64,000 nt of DNA from Tubiluchus corallicola (taxonomy: Eukaryota; Animalia; Priapulida), in the NCBI GenBank assembly GCA_030141605.1, contig JAQGDQ010002393.1, positions 62,001 to 126,000 of the forward strand, in the 5' to 3' direction. The position numbers and the translations under genes were made by a program. The stretch's first letter is position 1, and each line of letters starts with the position of its first letter. This document shows, piece by piece, positions 20,934 to 29,781 of the stretch. A model generated the notes under the pieces. The model saw nothing but the letters and a program-made list of their open reading frames with translations. It ran no database searches and was not told the DNA's origin.

Positions 20934-21053
20934 CTAACACCTCCTTAAAGAGCGGTGCAGTAGAAGGCCATAATGTAAAGGTTTTAGCCCTAGCAAGTTC
21001 AAGGCTAAATCCATAAAGTATTAGTTTTCTCTGCCCTGAAAAACAGAGTTAAT
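20934..21053. repeat. Decayed REP/MITE-like nested inverted repeat
   Basis: Inner arms GGTTTTAGCC (20980-89) and GGCTAAATCC (21003-12) pair 9/10; flanked by degenerate arms CACCTCCTTAAAGAGCGGTG and CTGCCCTGAAAAACAGAG. Confidence 0.45.
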
Positions 21054-21099
21054 CAAAACTTGTTACGAGGGAGTAATTACCAAAATTTTTCTTTTATTA

Positions 21100-21135
21100 T
21101 TTGTTAAATAGAAAAGCATGCTCTATATTTGTAGA
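21100..21135 (+). promoter_or_regulatory. Bacteroidota sigma-A promoter overlapped by a BlaI/MecI-type operator
   Basis: TTTG (21100-03), 20-bp spacer, TATATTTG (21124-31); quasi-palindrome TCTATATTTGTAGA (21122-35) resembles TACA-N2-TGTA. Confidence 0.65.
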
Positions 21136-21158
21136 ACGAAAACTAAAAAAATAGAGAT

Positions 21159-21530
21159 GTGATTCTAACAAATGCAGAAGAAAAGGTAATGAAATATTTA
21201 TGGAAACTTGAAAAAGCATTCTTTAAGGATTTAATCAAGCAGTTTCCAGAACCAAGACCTGCAACAACAACCTTAAACACATTGCTAAAACGATTGATTG
21301 ACAAGGGGGCTGTAGACTACAAACTATATGGAAATAGCCGTGAATATTTTCCATTGATAGAGAAGAGTAAATATTTTTCAACACATATAAACGGATTGAT
21401 AAAAAACTTCTTTAATAATTCTACTTCTCAATTTGCTTCTTTTTTTGCAAAGGAGACAAACTTTACAGAGCAAGAACTAAAAGAATTGAGAGAGATAGTT
21501 GATAATGAATTAAAAATTAAAAACAAATGA
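21159..21530 (+). CDS. BlaI/MecI/CopY family repressor (GTG start)
   Basis: LTNAEEKVMKYLW, PATTTLNTLLKRL, FFNNS, EQELKELR. Confidence 0.93.
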   Translation: MILTNAEEKVMKYLWKLEKAFFKDLIKQFPEPRPATTTLNTLLKRLIDKGAVDYKLYGNSREYFPLIEKSKYFSTHINGLIKNFFNNSTSQFASFFAKETNFTEQELKELREIVDNELKIKNK

Positions 21531-22270
21531 TGGATTACATTTTTAAATCTAGCATTTTGCTGTTGGTAACTTACTTACTTTATGTGTTGTTTTTAAGAAA
21601 AGAACGCAATGTATTCTTTAATCGCTACTTTCTGCTTTTTTCAATTCTTTTTTCGCTAAGTTTTCCCTTGTTGAACATTAACCTTAATTTGTTTGAAAAG
21701 CATTCAATTAATGTGCAGGAAACTTTGCATCTTCCTACAATTGATTTTGCAGTTAAAGATTATAGCAAAAAAACTGTGCAGACAGTAAATGCTTTTGAAC
21801 AAAAACAACAATTTAATATATTACTATTTCTTAAAAGAGCATACATCTTGATTGTTTTCATCTTAATTATTCGCTTTGTTTTCAGGCTTTTTTTGTTGAT
21901 TAGAAGGATATATAATAGTGAGAAGAGTAAGATTTACGGGTATAATTTGGTAAAGTTGGATAAACATATCAGTATCCATAGTTTTTTCAATTCTATTTTT
22001 GTTGGTCGCAATGAGTTTAATAGCAGAAAGATAGATGATGATTTAATTGCTCACGAAACTGTTCATTTAAAACAATTTCACACTCTTGATATTTTGTTTA
22101 TAGAATTGGTTCATATTTTTTACTGGTTCAATCCTATTATTGTTCTTTTTAAACTCGCAATTAGAGCAAATCACGAATATTTAGCTGATAAGGGGGTTAA
22201 TGTTCAGCCAGAAAGAATTGGGTTATATGCCGAAAAAATAATCAACTATACATTCAAGAAAACAACCTAA
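21527..22270 (+). pseudogene. M56 (BlaR1/MecR1-like) peptidase, N-terminal part; frameshifted relative to 22317-22904
   Basis: FNRYFLL, SFF, HETVH (HExxH), WFNP, HEYLAD; the conserved FNYSITK-KRLIM continuation lies in two successive -1 frames. Confidence 0.75.
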
Positions 22271-22316
22271 GTTTTTGCAGTAAGTTTAATTATTCCATAA
22301 CTAAAAACGATTAATT

Positions 22317-22904
22317 ATGTTAAAAGATAATACTACCCCAAAATTAGGAGTGAAGAAACTATTAGCCGTATTTTTCATTCTATTAGCAACAATATTTATA
22401 CTTCCTTCTTTTTCTTCTTCTAAAAACATTGTAGATAGCAATATTACAAGAGAAGAAGCAGCAAAAAAGATACAAGAGATTAGGAAAAATTCTGATATGC
22501 ATTGGGGAGCTATAGAAGTATTTCAAAAAATGACAGCCAAGGCTCAATACAACATTAGCACATTCGTGCTATTGGCTGACTTAGCAGGTAGTTTTGGGTA
22601 TCATACAGGAGCCCTTTTTGATATTGGAGTGATAGCTTATAAATGTAATTTTGAATGCAGTGATTTGTTAAATGATATCGCACCATTAACAGTTCTGAAC
22701 TTAAAAGAAACAAGTAAATATGTAGATTTAGCCAAAGAGGCAACCAAAGCCAATACGGCAAGTGAAAAAGCCAAAGTGAAACAAAAAGTTGAGAAATTTC
22801 AAAAAGAATCTCAATTTAAAACCATTGAAGAGGCATTAAAGAATCAGGAAGAAGAAGGTAGGGAGTTCAATGAACTTCTTAAAGAACTTGGACTGGAAGA
22901 GTAA
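22317..22904 (+). CDS. C-terminal part of the M56 protein (last TM helix plus helical periplasmic domain), now a separate ORF
   Basis: Preceded in frame by KRLI; hydrophobic helix LLAVFFILLATIFIL followed by a soluble helical domain. Confidence 0.7.
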   Translation: MLKDNTTPKLGVKKLLAVFFILLATIFILPSFSSSKNIVDSNITREEAAKKIQEIRKNSDMHWGAIEVFQKMTAKAQYNISTFVLLADLAGSFGYHTGALFDIGVIAYKCNFECSDLLNDIAPLTVLNLKETSKYVDLAKEATKANTASEKAKVKQKVEKFQKESQFKTIEEALKNQEEEGREFNELLKELGLEE

Positions 22905-23051
22905 ATATCCCTCTAAAATAAGAAACTCCACAAACCCTAAATCATTTTTATTTTTTATCCAATTCAAAAGGAAAAGCACTATTGCTGCTCCCATAAACGA
23001 ATACGAATCAAAAAAACGATAAAAAAACCTTTCCATATTAATTTTTAATGT

Positions 23052-25478
23052 ATGAATAAATTTTTTAGGGTGAAACACTACTTACTATACATATTATCAA
23101 CCATATTATACATAGCAACAGTTCAAGCACAAGGCTTCAAAGTAGAAGGAATAGTATTAGACGAGAGCAATACACCTCTTTCTTATGCTAATGTACAGGT
23201 CATTTCACCAGACAGTAGTTTTCTTACAGGAGCTATCACGGATGATAATGGTATATTTCAGCTATTAGCAGAGGCAGGACAATATCAATTACAAATTAGT
23301 TTCGTAGGTTACAAGGTCATACATAAAGATTTGAATGTCAATAAAAATACTGATATAGGCACCACCCAATTGCTGCCTAACGATGAACTGCTGGAAACAA
23401 TAGATATAGTAGCTCGCCGCCCTAAGATAGAGATAAGGTCGGATATGATAGTGGCTAACATAGAAAATACCACCTTGCAAACAGGGAAAAGTAGTTTAGA
23501 AGTGTTTTCATACCTGCCAGGTTTGTTCGTCAAATCGGATGGCACAATATTACTTAATGGAAGGAGCATAAGGGTATATATAAACGACAAAGAGTTGAGG
23601 TTAGAAGGAGAAGCTCTGCAAAATTACCTAGAAAATCTACGTTCAGAAAACATCAAAAAAATAGAAATCATCAGCAGCCCCTCAGCACAATATGATGCAG
23701 AAGGGACTGCTGGTATTATAAACATCAAGTTGAACAAGCGACAAGAAAGTGGAATAGATGGTTTCCTATCAGTAAAAAACTATATAAAAACCAAATACGG
23801 TGTTTCTCCTACCACTGGGCTAAATGTAAAATTAGGAAAATTTACTTTTTATGGAAATTACAGCTACAATTATCATACGATGTTTTTTGAAGAGTGGGAA
23901 AAAAAAGTTCAAGAGTTCAATCAAATAGAAACCAACACATACCGTAAAAGTGCTTCTTGGAGGCATTATAATAACTTTACGATGGGTATTGATTACGAGC
24001 TACACCCTAAGCATTTTGTAGGTGTAGAATTTTTGGGCAATACACAACGTCGTGGATTATCGCCTGAAATGGATCCCTATATTAGTTTTAGCGAAATAGA
24101 AGTCAAAGAAAATGAAGAAATAGAAACTTTGATTAAAGAATATAGAAATTATAAAGAAGACGTAAATAGAGACAATTTTCAATGGAACTTTAACTATGAA
24201 TTTAAAATAGATACCTTAGGAAGAAAACTACGTTTAATAGCTGATTACAGTCAATCTATAGAAAAGTTTTATGAACACATTAAAACAGAGTTTTATTACC
24301 CTCCTGTATCAACCTTAGACTCTACACGCATAGCAAAAATCTTGGACAAAAATAATTCGAATATTTATTCTTCCAGAATAGATTATTTCCATCCCTTCAA
24401 CAAGAATACCCGTATGGAGATGGGAGTAAAATATGCTAATACGCAACAGTTTCAAGAAAATTCTTTCGAGTATATAGAAAATGACATTTGGATTGCTGAT
24501 GAGAATATTACAAATAGTTTCGAATTTGAAGAACAAATATGGGCAGGTTATTTAAACTTTTTTAAAACTTTGGGAGGTGCAGATATACAAGCAGGCTTAC
24601 GGGTAGAAAGCACACAGTGGGAAGGCAAATCCCTCATTACTGACGATTTTACACAAGATCTTTATGCCTCATTGTTTCCCAATGTAGCCTTACAGCATTC
24701 TTTTGGCAAAGAAAAACAACATTCTTTGAGATACAGTTATGCAAAGAGGATTGGCAGACCTTACTTTTTAATATTAGTTCCTTTTTACTATTATGTTGAC
24801 AACTACACCTATAGAGAAGGAAATCCTAATATAAAACCAGAATTAACTGATTTAACCCAAATAACTTATACATACAAAAATAAATATATTGCTACATTGG
24901 CCTACTCTTATACCCCTAATGGGATAGGATTTATGCAAGAACTTGACCCTATTTCAAATATCACCCGTGAGTCTTGGGAGAATCATATTACAAAAAATAG
25001 TCTATATATGAATATTTATCTGCCTATTGAAATAGCAAAATTTTGGGATAGTAATCATTCTTTAACTCCTTGGACTGATATAGTAAATAGCGATAGAACA
25101 GACGAAGATCTTTCAAACTCAGGAATTTATATTCAGTCCAACCATACCTTTTATCTCCCTAAAAACTATCAGATAAATTTGCAATTTTACTACCTATCAC
25201 CCAATGGAGCATTATACAAATACTCTTCGGAAGCAGATATAAGCATTAACATACAGAAGAAATTCAAAAATTGGATATTGCAATTAGCAGCTAATAACAT
25301 TTTTGATGCAAGGAATAATGTAACCAGCACAACCACGCAAGACGGACAAACAATTGAAAGCAAGTATAATTTCCCCAATAGGGAATTTGCCTTCACTATA
25401 AGATACAATTTCAATAGCGGTGTTTCTGTAAATAGGCGCAGTAAAGAGAAAAGCAACGAAGAAGAGTTGCAAAGGTAA
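23052..25478 (+). CDS. TonB-dependent outer-membrane beta-barrel receptor (OMP_b-brl_3-like)
   Basis: Signal peptide, CarboxypepD_reg-like domain, KIEIISSPSAQYDAEGTAGIINIKL plug, GLRVE, LFP, GNPNIKP, RYNF. Confidence 0.88.
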   Translation: MNKFFRVKHYLLYILSTILYIATVQAQGFKVEGIVLDESNTPLSYANVQVISPDSSFLTGAITDDNGIFQLLAEAGQYQLQISFVGYKVIHKDLNVNKNTDIGTTQLLPNDELLETIDIVARRPKIEIRSDMIVANIENTTLQTGKSSLEVFSYLPGLFVKSDGTILLNGRSIRVYINDKELRLEGEALQNYLENLRSENIKKIEIISSPSAQYDAEGTAGIINIKLNKRQESGIDGFLSVKNYIKTKYGVSPTTGLNVKLGKFTFYGNYSYNYHTMFFEEWEKKVQEFNQIETNTYRKSASWRHYNNFTMGIDYELHPKHFVGVEFLGNTQRRGLSPEMDPYISFSEIEVKENEEIETLIKEYRNYKEDVNRDNFQWNFNYEFKIDTLGRKLRLIADYSQSIEKFYEHIKTEFYYPPVSTLDSTRIAKILDKNNSNIYSSRIDYFHPFNKNTRMEMGVKYANTQQFQENSFEYIENDIWIADENITNSFEFEEQIWAGYLNFFKTLGGADIQAGLRVESTQWEGKSLITDDFTQDLYASLFPNVALQHSFGKEKQHSLRYSYAKRIGRPYFLILVPFYYYVDNYTYREGNPNIKPELTDLTQITYTYKNKYIATLAYSYTPNGIGFMQELDPISNITRESWENHITKNSLYMNIYLPIEIAKFWDSNHSLTPWTDIVNSDRTDEDLSNSGIYIQSNHTFYLPKNYQINLQFYYLSPNGALYKYSSEADISINIQKKFKNWILQLAANNIFDARNNVTSTTTQDGQTIESKYNFPNREFAFTIRYNFNSGVSVNRRSKEKSNEEELQR

Positions 25479-25544
25479 GAATTTAAGACTATTGTAAAGT
25501 AGATACCTGTTTTATGGGAGCTTTAAGGTTTGTCCCTTAACAAG

Positions 25545-26552
25545 TTAGGTACTATCTCTCACAATAAGTTTTGTTTGTAAAATTATAGTTTCTGGGACTA
25601 TCTTTTCATTTTTGTTTGCATTAATTCTTTTTAGTAGGAGTTGAGCAGCGACTTTTCCCATTTCAAATCCTCGTTGGTCGATGGTAGTCAAAGAAGGTTC
25701 TATCATCTCGGATATAGGCTCATTGGTAAAACCAATGACAGCAATATCCTTAGGAACGGACAATCCTTTTTGTTTGATAGCTTTTATTGCACCTAAGGCA
25801 GTTTTATCATTTACCGCAAAAATAGCATCAGGAATATTATTATTGTTTAGCAGTTTGGCTGTTATATCTAATGATTGCTCATAGGAATCGCATTGAATAA
25901 CACTTCCGTCATTAAAGTCTAAATTATTTTTCAAAAGCGCCTCTTTAAAACCTTTTATCCTGCTCCAACCTATAAGTAAGTGCGGTGAAGTAGAAAAATG
26001 AATAATTTTTTTATGTCCTTTCTTAATCAAATATTCTGTTGCATTGTAAGCTGCTTTATAATCATTTACTATTACTCTATCAGTTTTAATGTCTTCGCAT
26101 ATTCTATCAAAAAACACTATAGGAATGTTATAGTCCAAAACTTTCTGAAAATGGTCGTATTTTTTTGTTTCTTTCGACATAGAAATAAGTATACCATCTA
26201 CTCTTTGCCTTAGTAAAGTATCAACATTTTTTATTTCTCGTTGGTACGATTCATTTGAATTGCAAATAATGACATGATTATACTCTATATCAGCCCAATT
26301 CTCTATACCTTTAATAACCATAGAAAAGAAAGGATGAACAATTTTGGGAGTGATAATTCCTATGGTACGTGTTTTAGATGTTTTTAATCCTGCTGCTAAA
26401 ATATTAGGGGAGTAGTTGAGCTTCTTCGCTAGTTTGTTAATAGAAATTTGTGTTTTTTTACTTACTGCTGGGTGTCCCCTTAGTCCGCGAGAAACAGTTG
26501 AAACTGACACCTTTAATCTATTAGCAATATCTTTGATAGTCGTTCTTTTCAT
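25545..26552 (-). CDS. LacI-family transcriptional regulator (probable PUL repressor)
   Basis: TIKDIANRLKVSVSTVSRGL HTH, YSPN..A..L hinge, VDGILIS, PDAIFAVND, PSLTT. Confidence 0.95.
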   Translation of the reverse strand: MKRTTIKDIANRLKVSVSTVSRGLRGHPAVSKKTQISINKLAKKLNYSPNILAAGLKTSKTRTIGIITPKIVHPFFSMVIKGIENWADIEYNHVIICNSNESYQREIKNVDTLLRQRVDGILISMSKETKKYDHFQKVLDYNIPIVFFDRICEDIKTDRVIVNDYKAAYNATEYLIKKGHKKIIHFSTSPHLLIGWSRIKGFKEALLKNNLDFNDGSVIQCDSYEQSLDITAKLLNNNNIPDAIFAVNDKTALGAIKAIKQKGLSVPKDIAVIGFTNEPISEMIEPSLTTIDQRGFEMGKVAAQLLLKRINANKNEKIVPETIILQTKLIVRDST

Positions 26553-26740
26553 AAAGATAGCATTGAGATAGTAGGCTATTGCACATAGCTTATTGATATG
26601 TATTTTCTACAAAATTAATAAAATAATTACCCAGTGAATAGTTTTCTCGTGATCTTTTATATTAAGGTAAAAAATATGACAAAGCATATGGCAAATTCTT
26701 TTCTATTGACAAGCAAACCTAAACTTTTCAACAATATCTT

Positions 26741-27463
26741 TCAATTATATACAGTGTATGGTTTGTGTAGTAGAAGAAAGATAGTAGGTTGTTTGTGAAT
26801 GTTGAGAGTTTGTTTTTTCCATTGAGCTATGGTTTTTGTTTTGATATATTCTTGTGTAGAACTTATGTTGCTAGCTATACATAGGTGAGTATTGCGGTTG
26901 CACACGGATAGAATGTCATCCAGTAGTTTGGTATTTCTGTATGGGGTTTCTATAAATATTTGCGTTTGTTGTTGTTTTCGAGATATGTCTTCCAATTGTT
27001 TCAAGCGTAGTTTTCTTTCTTTTTGGTGTATAGGTAAGTAGCCTACGAAGGCAAAATTTTGCCCGTTTAGCCCTGAAGCCATAAGCGAAAGTAAGAGGGA
27101 AGAGGGGCCTACAAGTGGAACAACTTTTATACCTTTGGCTTGAGCAATTGCAACAATATCAGCTCCGGGGTCGGCTACAGCAGGACACCCAGCCTCTGAA
27201 ATTAAACCTATGTTTTCTGTTTTTATTGGGTTTAAGAAAGAGTTTATTTTATTGACAGGTGTATGTTTGTTGAGTTCAAAAAAGCTAAGTTTAGCTATAT
27301 CTATACTTTTATCTATTTTTTTAAGATACCTTCGGGCATTTCTCATATTTTCTACAATGAAGTAACGTAGGCTTTTAGTTATGTTCTGAACGTCGGTTGG
27401 AATAACTCTGGTTACTGTATCTTCTGCCAATAGGTTGGGTATTAAGTATAGTTTTCCGCTCAT
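26741..27463 (-). CDS. RsmI-like SAM-dependent methyltransferase (tetrapyrrole methylase fold)
   Basis: GKLYLIP, ISEAGCPAVADPG, PLVGPSS, ASGLNGQNFAFVGYLP, FIETPYRN. Confidence 0.88.
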   Translation of the reverse strand: MSGKLYLIPNLLAEDTVTRVIPTDVQNITKSLRYFIVENMRNARRYLKKIDKSIDIAKLSFFELNKHTPVNKINSFLNPIKTENIGLISEAGCPAVADPGADIVAIAQAKGIKVVPLVGPSSLLLSLMASGLNGQNFAFVGYLPIHQKERKLRLKQLEDISRKQQQTQIFIETPYRNTKLLDDILSVCNRNTHLCIASNISSTQEYIKTKTIAQWKKQTLNIHKQPTIFLLLHKPYTVYN

Positions 27464-27468
27464 TAGTT

Positions 27469-28470
27469 TTATGGGATATAGTTGGAGTTGGCAAAGATGT
27501 TTTGATAGTCTGAATTATCTAAGAACTCCGGCAAGGAAACCTTTGCATTATTTCTTATGTAGGCTTGTACAATTTTCCATCCTATATATGTTCCCATTTT
27601 GGGGGCTGAGTTGTTTGAAAAATCAGGAGTAAAGGGAGCTTCGTTTATAAAGTTGTTAATAGTTCTACGGTCGGATGAAAATAAATATTCTTTATCCACT
27701 AAGTATTTCCATACATTTTTTTCATTTTGTTGAGCCCATAGCAGTTGCTCTTCTGTATAATTTAGGAGATCTTTTTCAGTGGCTGTAGGTATCATTGCAT
27801 TGATAAAATAGAGAATCTTTCCCTCGTAAATACAGTTGCTTACGAAATCATCTTTAAGGCTTTTGAACGGAAAATCAGTAGAACCTATAGCGTACATACA
27901 ATCATAGACTATTCTTTCGGGTGCAAGTCTTTTTCTTAGATATATTGGATAGTTTAGATATTCGTAGAAGACACAATTTTCTCCAAGGTATTTATCTAAG
28001 CCTATACCCAGTATATCAGTATCTATAATAATAGATTGGTTAAAGCCTGACATAAAGGTATATATGCTTGGAATACTTTTTTTAGGAAAATAATATTTGT
28101 AATGTTTAAAGGCTTTGACGAGCTGTTTCTTAATGGGTTCAAAGTTTTGAAATACTGTTTGGCAAGTATCATACACTTCTGCAAAAACAGGTGCCTTTAA
28201 AAAAGTTTCTAAGTAAGCAGGGTAGTCTGGGGCATCAGCATTTCCTATTTGAATGACAAGATTATTATAAATAGCAAAGAATTCGCCATATTTTTCTTCT
28301 AAGAAAACAATGTTTTCACCTATATTGTCGAGATTTACATTCTTTAAATCCTTTTCAAAATGCTGGATGTTGAGTTTAATGTCAATGCCAGAAACATCTA
28401 CTTTAAGAGGATTATTATTACATCTAAGTAGTAGAAATAGTAGGATAAAAATAACAAACTTTGTTTTCAT
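27469..28470 (-). CDS. gldB: GldB-like lipoprotein
   Basis: Lipobox-like LLRC, AFKHYKYYFP, IGLDKYLG, YEGKILY, FINEAPFT, G.YIGWKIV. Confidence 0.85.
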   Translation of the reverse strand: MKTKFVIFILLFLLLRCNNNPLKVDVSGIDIKLNIQHFEKDLKNVNLDNIGENIVFLEEKYGEFFAIYNNLVIQIGNADAPDYPAYLETFLKAPVFAEVYDTCQTVFQNFEPIKKQLVKAFKHYKYYFPKKSIPSIYTFMSGFNQSIIIDTDILGIGLDKYLGENCVFYEYLNYPIYLRKRLAPERIVYDCMYAIGSTDFPFKSLKDDFVSNCIYEGKILYFINAMIPTATEKDLLNYTEEQLLWAQQNEKNVWKYLVDKEYLFSSDRRTINNFINEAPFTPDFSNNSAPKMGTYIGWKIVQAYIRNNAKVSLPEFLDNSDYQNIFANSNYIP

Positions 28471-28496
28471 ATAAATAACTGCTAAGGGTACTTAGA

Positions 28497-29759
28497 CTAT
28501 CGTTTTAAGAAGTTCTTAAAATCATTTCCCGAAGGGCTTTGAAAAATTTCTAACTCGAATGTTTTAACAGATGCAATAATATGGTCGAAAATGTCTGACT
28601 GAATGTTTTCATACTTTGCCCAATCTTGCTCCTTGCTAAATACATACACCTCTAATGGAATACCTTTGTCAGTGGGTTGCAACTGCCTGATTAAAAAGGT
28701 CATTTCATCATGTATCTTTTTGTGGCTGTGTAAATAAGCCTCCACGTATTTTCTAAACAGTCCCAGATTAGTAAGTTTCCTGCCGTTTATATTTATAGAA
28801 ATATCCACTCCGTGGGTCTTGTTATACTCATCTATTTCGTTAGCGGTTTTATGAATATAAGACTTTAACACTTGTATCTTTTGCAAGTCTTTTAACAATT
28901 TATCAGAGCAAAAATTTACACTCTTCATATCAATATTCAACGAACGTTTTATTCGTCTTCCTTCAGACTCTTCCATCCCTGTCCAATTATGAAAAGACTC
29001 CTTCACCAAAGCATAGGTAGGAATAGTAGTAATTGTTTTATCCCAATTCTGTACTTTTACAGTGTTTAAGGTAATATCTAACACCGTGCCGTCTGCTTCC
29101 TTAGAAGGTATTGTAATCCAGTCGCCTACTTTTACCATTTTATTAGCACTCAACTGCACACTTGCTACTAAGCCCAACAAAGTATCCTGAAATACTAAGA
29201 CTAAAATAGCAGCCATAGCACCCAGCCCTGTTAGCAAATATACTGGCGACCTATCTATCAGTGTAGATATAATAAATATGACACCTATCAATATAACTAC
29301 AATTTTTAATAGCTGAACGTACCCACTAATAGAATGTTTCTCGTAAAGAATATACTTCTTATATACTTGATGAACAGAGCTTATTATAGAATTTAAAATA
29401 ATGATGGACAATAAGATAATGTAGGAAATAATAATTCTATGTGCAAAAGGAATAATGTTTTCGTAATCTTTAAATACAAAGTTGATAGCATAGAAAAAGA
29501 TAACAGCAGGGATAATTCTTGCCATTTTGGTAAAGACTTTGTTCTTTATCAGTGAATTAACAAATTTAAGTTTAGTTCGTTTCAATATTTTCCAAACAGT
29601 AGGTAGAACTACTTTTTTCAATAATATAAAAACTCCCTTACATAGAAGAGCTATAACAATAAAATACAAAATCATCTTTAAAAAAGTAGCCACTACAATA
29701 TTATGAAAAGCTACTCCCAGTAAAAATTCTCTCAAATAATTATCTAACAATTCAAGCAT
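28497..29759 (-). CDS. MscS-family mechanosensitive channel (YbdG-like)
   Basis: GLGAMAAIL.LVFQD, GDWI, VQNWDKTITTIP, NW.GM.ES.GRRIKRS. Confidence 0.92.
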   Translation of the reverse strand: MLELLDNYLREFLLGVAFHNIVVATFLKMILYFIVIALLCKGVFILLKKVVLPTVWKILKRTKLKFVNSLIKNKVFTKMARIIPAVIFFYAINFVFKDYENIIPFAHRIIISYIILLSIIILNSIISSVHQVYKKYILYEKHSISGYVQLLKIVVILIGVIFIISTLIDRSPVYLLTGLGAMAAILVLVFQDTLLGLVASVQLSANKMVKVGDWITIPSKEADGTVLDITLNTVKVQNWDKTITTIPTYALVKESFHNWTGMEESEGRRIKRSLNIDMKSVNFCSDKLLKDLQKIQVLKSYIHKTANEIDEYNKTHGVDISININGRKLTNLGLFRKYVEAYLHSHKKIHDEMTFLIRQLQPTDKGIPLEVYVFSKEQDWAKYENIQSDIFDHIIASVKTFELEIFQSPSGNDFKNFLKR

Positions 29760-29781
29760 ATTTACTTATATTTAATTTTTC

